Of a stretch of 64,000 bases of DNA, positions 27,347 to 36,468 are shown one piece after another (positions within the stretch are counted from its first letter, which is position 1; each line of letters opens with the position of its first letter). Below the pieces are notes generated by a model, which was given only the letters and a program-made list of their open reading frames with translations, was not told where the DNA came from and did no database searches. Position numbers and translations under genes: made by a program. The DNA is from a virus: IMG/VR virus record IMGVR_UViG_3300031963_011573, positions 1-64,000 of that record. One strand, 5' to 3'.

Positions 27347-27604
27347 ATGAAGGAAAAAAGAGAAATGTTATTAAAAAGATTAAATGTTTTAGTTAAAGGA
27401 AGAGAAAGAGAGTTTTTATTGTTTATGGAGGAGGTAGATGGGAGTTTAAGTGAGGAAAGAATAAATGAGGATTTAGATATATTATTAAATAGTTTTATAT
27501 ATTTTGAAGAGGATAATAATGAGGAGGAATTTACAGAGGAAGTAATGGAGGAAGTATTAAACATTTACATCCCAGGATTTGAGAAAGGGGAACATATTTT
27601 TTAA
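27347..27604 (+). CDS. acidic small protein (near C-free gene)
   Basis: Own cassette. Confidence 0.7.
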   Translation: MKEKREMLLKRLNVLVKGREREFLLFMEEVDGSLSEERINEDLDILLNSFIYFEEDNNEEEFTEEVMEEVLNIYIPGFEKGEHIF

Positions 27605-27629
27605 TAATTAAATAATAATAGAGGAAGGA

Positions 27630-27666
27630 GGAAGGGCCACCTAGGAATAGGTGACTTTCCTTTTTT
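27630..27666 (+). terminator. terminator closing the early region
   Basis: GGAAGG..CACCTA/TAGGTG..CTTTCC followed by a T-run. Confidence 0.65.
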
Positions 27667-27970
27667 AAAATTTAATCCTGAGGAATAGGCTCCTGTAATA
27701 TAGTATATATATGGTATATATTACGTTAGAGGATATATAGGGGTACCACGTACGTTGATATCAATATACGGCGGAGGTATTGGGGAAGGGCATTTAGACC
27801 ACTTTACAGATCGTAAATGATCTTTACACATCGACATTGTATATAACTATATACCCACAACTAAAACTAAATTTCCAAAATGCAAAAAAAGGACAAAACT
27901 CCACAAAACCAAAATCTTCTTTCTTTAAAAGATCTTTGGCATCGATATAGGATATACGTATATTTAAAAT

Positions 27971-28192
27971 ATGAAACAAACAGTAATACAAGAAATGATA
28001 AGTGAGTTCAATAAAGAACTTGATGTGGCCATTAATATTGCAAATGATGATAAAATTAAAACAATAAAGCATCTAATTAATATTGCAAGTAAGTATTTAC
28101 AAATGGAAAAAGAAGAAAACCAATCCCAATATCATAGAGGATATAAAGATGGAGTATTCACAAAATTTTTACAAAAAAATGAACGAAAATAA
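27971..28192 (+). CDS. hypothetical protein
   Basis: TTG-N20-TATATT promoter upstream. Confidence 0.7.
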   Translation: MKQTVIQEMISEFNKELDVAINIANDDKIKTIKHLINIASKYLQMEKEENQSQYHRGYKDGVFTKFLQKNERK

Positions 28193-28193
28193 T

Positions 28194-28430
28194 ATGGAAA
28201 ACGGAAAAAAACCAGCATTTGCCGCTGCCAGTGAAATTTGGCATCAATTAGGCTTAACAAAAAGAGAATACTTTGCTATACATATAGCAACAGGATTATC
28301 AGTTCAAGCAATTGCAGGTAGACATAATATGGCAAGTGAAATGGCTCGAGATGTCCCAGCTACTGCTGTTATGATTGCAGATGCTTTAATGGCAGAATTA
28401 GATAAAACAGAGTTAAATGAAAAAATTTAG
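28194..28430 (+). CDS. phage protein (PAF...GLTKREYFA...ADALMAEL family)
   Basis: Common phage motif; start reassigned. Confidence 0.75.
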   Translation: MENGKKPAFAAASEIWHQLGLTKREYFAIHIATGLSVQAIAGRHNMASEMARDVPATAVMIADALMAELDKTELNEKI

Positions 28431-28632
28431 ACTACCAAGAAAAATAAAAAAGAAAATATATAAGCACGGTCATTTTTACCCTATGAATCCAGTAGAAAAA
28501 ACATATCAAATGGCATTTCCAAGGGAAAATCAAGAGGACTACGATGCTTATAAACAAGGAATATTAACCAATTTGCTAGACGATATAAAAAGACTAGCAA
28601 AAGAATATAAAAACAATGAAAAAATATTTTAA
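28417..28632 (+). CDS. hypothetical protein
   Basis: ORF track. Confidence 0.7.
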   Translation: MKKFRLPRKIKKKIYKHGHFYPMNPVEKTYQMAFPRENQEDYDAYKQGILTNLLDDIKRLAKEYKNNEKIF

Positions 28633-28835
28633 TAGTAATGAGCTTTGGAATGCATTTTTATATGGTTCCTTTTTAGGAATATTTGCGGGTATAACCGTTG
28701 GTTACCTAATATTTATATAAGATGAACAAACTAAAAAATCTTATAAAAATGCCTTTTACAATGCTTGTAGGGGCAATTGGTGTTATTGCTTGTGCACATT
28801 ATGAATTTTCCAAATATTTATGGAAAACCAAATAA

Positions 28836-29183
28836 ATGCCAATAGTAAACTACCCTTACAGTGACCTATATGAAGGTACTTCCTCAATTAATTTAACAAA
28901 AGGAACCGCTTACACTTTTACCATAACAAATAATTCAGGCTCAAGTTACTTTGTAATGGAAACCCCATTTAACTATTTGTTTGATGGTTCTACCCCTAAA
29001 AATGTTTCAGGGTCATTTTCCTCATTAACCAATATTTCAGAACCTGTTGCCTCAAATTATATTGCCGGGTTTGTTTTACCAACAGGAACAAATTCATTTA
29101 TTTTTACTCCCGCTACTAATGTAACAGGAACTACTTTAAAATTTAAAGGAACTGGAGGTATAAGACTTGTTTTATCTTATTAA
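28836..29183 (+). CDS. beta-rich hypothetical protein (possibly virion)
   Basis: S/T/G-rich; late-like motif upstream. Confidence 0.7.
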   Translation: MPIVNYPYSDLYEGTSSINLTKGTAYTFTITNNSGSSYFVMETPFNYLFDGSTPKNVSGSFSSLTNISEPVASNYIAGFVLPTGTNSFIFTPATNVTGTTLKFKGTGGIRLVLSY

Positions 29184-29391
29184 GAAAAACTTGGCTATTA
29201 AATTTCATGATAGTATATTTAGAGTATAAATTTAAAAAATAAAGGTCATGAAAACATCAATCGTATTTATTTTAATTATTGCACTTCTAGGTATTGCATT
29301 TTTAATTCACTCACACCTATTAGCTCTTGTAGCTGGGTTTGCTTTAGGTACTAAGTTAGGGGAAACTATTTTTAATATTAAAATTTAAATT

Positions 29392-29634
29392 ATGGAAAAT
29401 CAAAAATATCAACCCTCAAGAAAAATCACAACAGCAGACGGAACTCAAATGTTTATGTTTGATGGTAAATTACATAATTGGGAAGGTCCCGCGGTAATAC
29501 CTCAAGGTAATATGCGTTTACGCGAGTACTATTTAAATGGAATCAAATATACGGAGGAGCAGTGGAAGGAGCGTTTACGCACAAGAGAAGGATTACCTTG
29601 GTATAAAGGTTCGAGTGCAAAAGCTCGTTTCTAA
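29392..29634 (+). CDS. hypothetical protein (LHNWEGPA motif)
   Basis: ORF track. Confidence 0.75.
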   Translation: MENQKYQPSRKITTADGTQMFMFDGKLHNWEGPAVIPQGNMRLREYYLNGIKYTEEQWKERLRTREGLPWYKGSSAKARF

Positions 29635-29658
29635 AAGTAAATTTATTAAATAAAGGTT

Positions 29659-30111
29659 ATGGAAAAAATTTCAAATGAGGAATCCCAAAAATATGTTCCG
29701 TATTTTAGAACACCACTTTCACCTAATCCTGCTTTTTATACAATAAAAGTTGATTCCGATGGTTGGGAAACTGTAGAGTATTTTACAAGACGTTTAAGAC
29801 AAAGTTCTCAAGGAGGAAAGGGTGATCAATTTGTTTATGTTTTACAAAATGATTCTATGCCCGGAATGCTTAAAATTGGTTATACTAAAAATGAGGTTGA
29901 TATTCGAGCTGAGCAATTGAGTAAACCAACTGGTATTCCTACCCCGTTTAATGTTGTATATACTTATAGTTGTTTTAATGGGGAGAGGATTGAAAAAGAA
30001 GTTCATAAGGAACTTGTAAAAAAACGAGTAAGGGGTGAAAGAGAATTCTTTTATGTTACCCTTGAAGAAGCTGAAAAAATAATTAAACAAATAGGAGAAA
30101 AACATGATTAA
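29659..30111 (+). CDS. T5orf172/GIY-YIG-like domain protein
   Basis: VYVLQN.SMPG.LKIGYT...E..VH..L...REFF. Confidence 0.85.
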   Translation: MEKISNEESQKYVPYFRTPLSPNPAFYTIKVDSDGWETVEYFTRRLRQSSQGGKGDQFVYVLQNDSMPGMLKIGYTKNEVDIRAEQLSKPTGIPTPFNVVYTYSCFNGERIEKEVHKELVKKRVRGEREFFYVTLEEAEKIIKQIGEKHD

Positions 30112-30352
30112 TATTTATCAACAAATAGTAGATATGGAATTACATGACCTAGAAGATAAACTAATTGATCTTCAAAATGTTTTGGTTGGTAATTATAGTG
30201 TGTTAGAGGAACTTTGGGCTTATCATCCATCAAACCCTAATTTTATAAATCCTATCAAGGCGTATGATGAATTGAAGATTCAAATTTCTGAATTAGAAAA
30301 TGAACTTACTGATATAGAAAATAAAATTAAACATTTAAAATCTGTGAATTAA
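30104..30352 (+). CDS. coiled-coil hypothetical protein
   Basis: ORF track. Confidence 0.7.
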   Translation: MINIYQQIVDMELHDLEDKLIDLQNVLVGNYSVLEELWAYHPSNPNFINPIKAYDELKIQISELENELTDIENKIKHLKSVN

Positions 30353-30385
30353 CGCGTAAATTTTAAATTAAAAGAATATATACAC

Positions 30386-30826
30386 ATGAATTTAAATAAA
30401 ATATTCTTAATGTTTGGATACGGTGGAGATGATAAAGGAGATTCTAAAAAAATGAAAGAGGAATTTAATTTATATAAAAATACACCTTACTTTAAAATTG
30501 GGATGTTTCATAAATTGATTACAAATGGAAATAATTTTTCCCAACAAGTTTTAAAATTTTTCTTACAAGCCGATCCTACATTAGATGCTACTGGAATTGA
30601 TGAAGCAGGAGAATATATGATGTATACCAGAGCATGGTATTGGATCAGTCAATGTAAATTAAGGAAAAAAGAATGGAAAGAAGCCCTTATAAGTTATACT
30701 TCAGATGAATTTATAGTGTCTATTAAATTGAGTATTCATTATTTTGAAAGTATAGAAGAATATGAAAAATGCGCGTTTTTGAAAAAAATACAAGATTTCT
30801 TACAAAAGAATTTAAAGGAAGCTTGA
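30386..30826 (+). CDS. hypothetical protein (EEYEKCA tail)
   Basis: ORF track. Confidence 0.75.
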   Translation: MNLNKIFLMFGYGGDDKGDSKKMKEEFNLYKNTPYFKIGMFHKLITNGNNFSQQVLKFFLQADPTLDATGIDEAGEYMMYTRAWYWISQCKLRKKEWKEALISYTSDEFIVSIKLSIHYFESIEEYEKCAFLKKIQDFLQKNLKEA

Positions 30827-30932
30827 TTCCTCAAAAAATTTTTATTATCTTCATCAATTGAATTTAAATTTTATAAATTATTAAATAAAATATTTAGGTA
30901 AAAATAATTAAGTAATTAAAATAAATAAAAAT

Positions 30933-31101
30933 AATGAAATATAAAGAATTAATATTGAGAAGGATGGAATCTATGGAGAATCGCTTTAAGCGATTAAGAC
31001 ATGCTTTAAATGAAAGAAATATTGAAGCTGCAAGAGAAATCTTAAAAGAAATTGAAGAATTAAGAGACGACACTCAATCAATAATTGAAAGAGAAAATTA
31101 A
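30933..31101 (+). CDS. small coiled-coil protein (MKYKELILRR...)
   Basis: Read manually; coordinates approximate. Confidence 0.55.
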
Positions 31102-31118
31102 TCTGAAATAAATAAGTT

Positions 31119-31913
31119 ATGAATTTGACAGCCGAACAAATCCAAGATAATTGGAATGAATTAATGAGGTATATTAATGAATATATTTCTGAACCACGTA
31201 AAGAAAAATTATTAGCTTTTTATGAGCAATATGCTGAACGTTTAATGTTAATGCCTGCCGCGCATAAAAAAGAATATCATAATGCTTTCCCTGGAGGGTA
31301 TGTAGAACATGTTTTACGTGTTATTAGGTGTGCTATACATCAAGCGGCATTATGGGAATTAGAAGGAGCCGATATGACTACTTTCACAACTGAAGAATTA
31401 ATATTCTCAGCTTTAAATCATGATTTAGGTAAAATGGGATCCGAAGATGAAGATTCATATATCCCCCAGACTGATCAATGGAGAAAAGATAAATTAGGAG
31501 AAGACTACATGTTTAATACCAAAGTACCATTTGCTTCAGTTCCAGATAGAGGATTATTTATGCTCCAATCTCATGGTATCCAGTATACATTTAATGAAAT
31601 GGTTGCCATTCAAACACATGATGGTTTATATGATGAAGGTAATAAAAAATATCTTATGTCATTTATGCCAGAACAAAAACCAAGAACATCTTTACCTTTT
31701 ATTTTACACCAGGCCGATTTAATGGCAGCACGAATTGAATTTGAACGTGAATGGTTACCTAAATTAAAAGAAGGTAAAAAATCCGTGGATATTAAAAAGG
31801 AAAATTTTACATTGGGGAATAAACCCAATACATCAAAAAAACAATCAACCAAAACAAAAGCTTTGGGTACATTTAAAAGTGAAGGTTTAAAAAATATATT
31901 TGATAATTTATGA
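31119..31913 (+). CDS. HD-domain phosphohydrolase (YhaM-like)
   Basis: PAA..YHNAFPGGYVEH, NHDLGK, THDG, HQAD. Confidence 0.85.
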   Translation: MNLTAEQIQDNWNELMRYINEYISEPRKEKLLAFYEQYAERLMLMPAAHKKEYHNAFPGGYVEHVLRVIRCAIHQAALWELEGADMTTFTTEELIFSALNHDLGKMGSEDEDSYIPQTDQWRKDKLGEDYMFNTKVPFASVPDRGLFMLQSHGIQYTFNEMVAIQTHDGLYDEGNKKYLMSFMPEQKPRTSLPFILHQADLMAARIEFEREWLPKLKEGKKSVDIKKENFTLGNKPNTSKKQSTKTKALGTFKSEGLKNIFDNL

Positions 31914-32197
31914 TAGCTTTAACAATTGTTTGCTGTGCATTAGCAGTTTTAGTCGTGATTCTAGGATTCACGACTTTCAATCTTCTTAAGAAAAATGAAA
32001 AAGCAGAAGATATAGTAGTTGGATATGTAGAATATCTTGATAGATTATCTCGTGTTATTGAAATTTCTGATAAAAAACTTAAACAATTAGATAGTGCAGG
32101 TGCTTTTAAAGCAGATGATGAAGTGGGTTCTATTTTTAAAGGTATACAACAAATACAAGAAATATTAAATGAATTCAATGTTAGAAAATACAATTAA
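31910..32197 (+). CDS. membrane-anchored hypothetical protein
   Basis: N-terminal TM. Confidence 0.75.
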   Translation: MIALTIVCCALAVLVVILGFTTFNLLKKNEKAEDIVVGYVEYLDRLSRVIEISDKKLKQLDSAGAFKADDEVGSIFKGIQQIQEILNEFNVRKYN

Positions 32198-32906
32198 AAA
32201 AACCCGCAAACCTAAAAATAAAAATTATTTCACCCAAGAAACTGAGGATGCTATTATATTATATAACAATACTTCCAACCCAGTCTTAAGGAGTAAAATA
32301 TATGAGGAAAAAATCCATTTCCCATTTTTTAAACTTACCCAAAATATAATTCATACTTTTAAATTTTATCATACCGAAGTAGAAAATTTAGAACACCTTC
32401 AACATGAAATTATAGTTTTTCTTTTATCTAAAATTCATTTATTCAACCCAGAGAATGGAGCTAAAGCATATTCATATTTTGGTACCATAGTTAAACGTTG
32501 GTGTATTTTATATAATGAAAAAACTTATAAATCAAAAGTTAAAAAAACCTCAATTGATGAACTATCCAAAGATGATAGTTACTCTTACACTTTAGAATTA
32601 TCATCCCCAGATGATAAATTATCATATTTTATAGATCAATATGTTGATTATGTAACAGAAAATATTTATTTAATTTTTCCAAAAGAAGCAGATGCTAAAA
32701 TAGCAGATGCAGTATTAGAATTATTTAGAAAAAGAGACCAAATAGATATTTTCAATAAAAAAGCACTTTATATCTATATCCATGAAATGATCCCTAATGC
32801 TAAAACCCCTAAAATAACCAAAATAGCAAATTCATTATACGATATATTTAAAAAGAACTATGTGTTCTATTTAGATCAAGGATATATAGATTTTCAATCC
32901 TTGTAA
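32169..32906 (+). CDS. phage sigma factor, T4 gp55-like late sigma
   Basis: NYF...; region-2-like FNPENGAKAYSYFGTIVKR; lies just before the structural module. Confidence 0.7.
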   Translation: MNSMLENTIKKTRKPKNKNYFTQETEDAIILYNNTSNPVLRSKIYEEKIHFPFFKLTQNIIHTFKFYHTEVENLEHLQHEIIVFLLSKIHLFNPENGAKAYSYFGTIVKRWCILYNEKTYKSKVKKTSIDELSKDDSYSYTLELSSPDDKLSYFIDQYVDYVTENIYLIFPKEADAKIADAVLELFRKRDQIDIFNKKALYIYIHEMIPNAKTPKITKIANSLYDIFKKNYVFYLDQGYIDFQSL

Positions 32907-32935
32907 TTTTTCATATTTATTCCCAAAAAACTAAT

Positions 32936-33274
32936 ATGAGTAATTTAGAAGAAAATATTTGGGGTAAGAAAAAATTCTCCGATTTGTTAAAGGAGATATA
33001 TGAAAACTCTAAGAAAAAAGAAGCCCAAATCAATGCTTTAATAGGTGAATTAAAACCTTTAATCAATGACATAGGTGATGCTACTTTAATAGTTCCTTTA
33101 ATTAAGGAATACATGGAATTAGGTATCAAAAATGATGAACAACTTATTAAAATGGCTACTATCGCTCAACGAGCAATTGCTACTGGAAAATCAAGTGAAG
33201 AAGGATTTGGTATGACTGAAGAAGAAAAAGCTCAATTGTTAAATGAAGTTAAAAAATTTAATTCAAAAGACTAA
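32936..33274 (+). CDS. hypothetical late protein
   Basis: Late motif upstream. Confidence 0.75.
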   Translation: MSNLEENIWGKKKFSDLLKEIYENSKKKEAQINALIGELKPLINDIGDATLIVPLIKEYMELGIKNDEQLIKMATIAQRAIATGKSSEEGFGMTEEEKAQLLNEVKKFNSKD

Positions 33275-34536
33275 TGTCGCATAAATTTGGATTTCCTGCA
33301 ATGACTAATAGGGCTTTAGGGAATAAACCTAATACCCCCTCATCTCCTTCTAAAGGTGGGAAAATATTAGTTAGAATTATAGATATAATTTTAGATGAAA
33401 ATCATCCCAATTTTAATTCTAATGCAGGTCTTAACCAAATAGGACAAATCACAGCAGAAACAGTCTCAATTAATTCCTCAGTTAGACCTAGAATTTACAC
33501 AGCAACTCCTGCGTTTCCTGATAAAAAGAATTTACCATTAATAAACGAATATGTTTATGTATACCAAATTGTAAGCCCTAATTCTATAGGTGGTTCATGG
33601 GTATATGATCCACAACCTATATCATTGTATGGAATATTATCACCAAACGCAAACCCATATCCTTCATCCATATCTGATCTTAATCCATCATCACAAAAAT
33701 TAGATTATACTCAAGTTGAATTAGGAGCATCTAATATAACAGATAATCAATTAGTTGAACTTGATTTAAATTCTAAAACCAACCCAAGTCAAAATACATT
33801 TGTAGAAAAAGGAAATATTCATCCCTTAATGCCTTTTGCAGGGGATATAATTTATGAAGGAAGATGGGGGAATAGTATCCGATTAGGTTCTACAGCAAAA
33901 TCAAAAAGTAAGTATGTTAATAATTGGTCAATTGCTGGAGAAAATGGGGATCCTATTACTATTTTAAGAAATGGGCAAAATCCAAATTCTGGGGATTTTG
34001 GTGCTGAACCTATTACTGAAAATATAAGTAAAGATTTATCCTCAATATATTTAACTTCTACTCAAAAAATTCCATTTAGTTTAGCAAATGAGAATTTCAT
34101 TTCTTATACAAAACCACCTATAACCCCAGCTTCATTTACATCTCCACAAATAATTTTAAATTCAGATAGAGTAATTCTAAATGCTAAAACTGATAATGTT
34201 TTAATTAGTGGACAAAAATCAATTGGTTTATCTTCAAATGAAAGTATAAATTTAGAATCTGATAAAGTTTATATAGGGTCTAATGATATTAGATTAGGAG
34301 ATAAAAATGCTACCCAACCTGTTTTAAAAGGAGATGACACTGTAACTCTACTTAAACAAGTAATTACTGAACTTTTAAACATTTCAACAGCACTTAAAAC
34401 TATTCAAATATTCCCTGGAGGAGCACCTTCCCCAGACCCTATTATAGGCCCAACAGCTAACATAGCAGCCACTAATTTGAATACTATTCTACAACAAATA
34501 GATAAAATTAAATCTAATTTTGTAAAAACTAGTTAA
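33274..34536 (+). CDS. baseplate hub/spike (gp5-like) protein
   Basis: PLINE.V OB-like N-terminus; GD.IYEGRWGNSIRLG; C-terminal beta repeats; context. Confidence 0.6.
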   Translation: MSHKFGFPAMTNRALGNKPNTPSSPSKGGKILVRIIDIILDENHPNFNSNAGLNQIGQITAETVSINSSVRPRIYTATPAFPDKKNLPLINEYVYVYQIVSPNSIGGSWVYDPQPISLYGILSPNANPYPSSISDLNPSSQKLDYTQVELGASNITDNQLVELDLNSKTNPSQNTFVEKGNIHPLMPFAGDIIYEGRWGNSIRLGSTAKSKSKYVNNWSIAGENGDPITILRNGQNPNSGDFGAEPITENISKDLSSIYLTSTQKIPFSLANENFISYTKPPITPASFTSPQIILNSDRVILNAKTDNVLISGQKSIGLSSNESINLESDKVYIGSNDIRLGDKNATQPVLKGDDTVTLLKQVITELLNISTALKTIQIFPGGAPSPDPIIGPTANIAATNLNTILQQIDKIKSNFVKTS

Positions 34537-34539
34537 AAA

Positions 34540-35709
34540 ATGATATCCCATTCTACAGGAACTATAGTTAACATTTATTTAAACTCACCATTAGTTGGGG
34601 CTGTGGTAAGAGTTAATACATTTACTACTACTACTGATAAAAATGGAAATTTTAAAATCCCAATCTCTGAAATCCCAGAATATTCTCCTTCAATTTCTCC
34701 AAACCAAATTTCAATTTCAATACCAAACTACCAGGCTTTAAATATAACCCCCTATAAAGGAGACGGAAGTGTAAAAGAAGATATAGGGGTAATAGGATTA
34801 ACCCCTTTATTAGATAGTTTAGATGATGAAAAAATATCTTCATCCCAATTAAAAATTGAACAAATTGAAGAAATATCTTTATCAAAAAAAGACTTTAAAT
34901 ATTTTGCTCAAAAGAAATTAATTGATTTAGTTAATAATGTAAAATCAACTTTAATACCTTTAATATTAACTTTAATATCTAGGTTTGGGATATCTCAAGT
35001 AGAAAAACTTATCCAACAGAAAAAGAATAATATTAATGATATCAAAGATCAAATAATATGTCCTACCCCACAAGAATTATCTAAAATAATATCTAGAAAA
35101 AATAAAACAGTAAAACAATTAAACAATGCTATTAAAACAATAGATAAAACAACTAAAGCTTTAGGCATTACTGGAGGAGTTATAACTTCATTAGAAATAG
35201 CATTTAATATTTTAAAAAATCTTCCTATACCTTCTGCTGTTCCTCCCGGAGTAGGTCTTCCCCTTAATGTTATTTTAGGAGTCCAAGATGGAAAAGATAA
35301 AATTGGAAAAATTATAACCTCACTTAAAACAGTTAATGCTGGGTTATTAGTTATATTAGTACTTTTAAGGCAAGTTTTAACTCAAGCAGTCCAATATTTA
35401 AATTTACTTGATACCCTTATTCAACATTGTGCACCTGACTCTTATCAAGAACAAATCTCAACAGAATTAATAGCTTTAACCACTCAACAATCAAACCAAG
35501 AATCCCCAGTAGTTACAAATGTAAATGGATTTGAAATGGGAGTTGAAACAGAAACTACAACAAATCCTTTAAAACGTAGAAGAGCAATAGCTAGAAATAA
35601 AAGTGGTGTAGTTATGTTAAAAGGAGAATGGTCTTTTAGCTCAATTGATCAGATATTAATAGATGAACTTGTATTTTATATACAACAAAACAATTTAAAA
35701 GCAGATTAA
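34540..35709 (+). CDS. virion-associated protein
   Basis: N-terminal TTTTDKNGNF (CarboxypepD_reg-like); helical C-terminus; context. Confidence 0.6.
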   Translation: MISHSTGTIVNIYLNSPLVGAVVRVNTFTTTTDKNGNFKIPISEIPEYSPSISPNQISISIPNYQALNITPYKGDGSVKEDIGVIGLTPLLDSLDDEKISSSQLKIEQIEEISLSKKDFKYFAQKKLIDLVNNVKSTLIPLILTLISRFGISQVEKLIQQKKNNINDIKDQIICPTPQELSKIISRKNKTVKQLNNAIKTIDKTTKALGITGGVITSLEIAFNILKNLPIPSAVPPGVGLPLNVILGVQDGKDKIGKIITSLKTVNAGLLVILVLLRQVLTQAVQYLNLLDTLIQHCAPDSYQEQISTELIALTTQQSNQESPVVTNVNGFEMGVETETTTNPLKRRRAIARNKSGVVMLKGEWSFSSIDQILIDELVFYIQQNNLKAD

Positions 35710-35727
35710 CCCTATATTTATAACCAT

Positions 35728-36063
35728 ATGAAAACCGACGGATTAAAAAAAATAATTAAAGAAGCTGTACGAGAAGCAATTCAAGAAGAATTAAAAGATA
35801 TTTTACTTGAAGCTGTTCGTTCACCAAAACAAATAGTTAGAGAATCTATTCAACCTGTAGGAACCCCAAAATCATCATTTACTCAACCAACTGTGGATTT
35901 AAGACAAAAATATAAAGATGTACTAGGAGAAACAGCTTTAAGTTTCACCTCAAACGATATTCAACCAGCTTTTAGACCTCAATCAAGTGACCCAGTAAAT
36001 GGTAATTTAGGTACCGGTGAGCTAGGAATGGATCAGATTATGGGACTTTTAAATAGTAAATAA
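35728..36063 (+). CDS. hypothetical late protein with LKKIIKEAVRE leader
   Basis: Late motif upstream. Confidence 0.75.
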   Translation: MKTDGLKKIIKEAVREAIQEELKDILLEAVRSPKQIVRESIQPVGTPKSSFTQPTVDLRQKYKDVLGETALSFTSNDIQPAFRPQSSDPVNGNLGTGELGMDQIMGLLNSK

Positions 36064-36467
36064 TGGCGTTTAACCCACAACAAATATATCCTATTGATTT
36101 AGATAATAGCGCTGCTGTTGGGGTAAACTTACCTTTAAATGGTCCTGCTGTTTTTATATCAAATTTTCAAACAAAGGATGCTATAAAAAATAATTTAATA
36201 AATTTTTTCTTAACTAACCCTGGAGAAAGACCATTAAATCCAACATTCGGGGGTGGATTAAGAACATTTATTTTTGAACAAATTACTACAGACAATTTAA
36301 ATTTTCTTAGAGAAGACATAAATAGTAAACTTGCCATATATTTTCCCAATATAAATATAGAAGATCTTATAGTAGCAGGACAAGAAGATTTAAATCAAAT
36401 TACTGTAACTTTAAAATATTCAGTAATTAATACTAACATAACAGATACTTTAGAAATCCAACTTTAA
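36063..36467 (+). CDS. baseplate wedge protein gp25/GPW
   Basis: IKNNLINFFLTNPGERPLNPTFGGGL. Confidence 0.9.
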   Translation: MAFNPQQIYPIDLDNSAAVGVNLPLNGPAVFISNFQTKDAIKNNLINFFLTNPGERPLNPTFGGGLRTFIFEQITTDNLNFLREDINSKLAIYFPNINIEDLIVAGQEDLNQITVTLKYSVINTNITDTLEIQL

Positions 36468-36468
36468 A

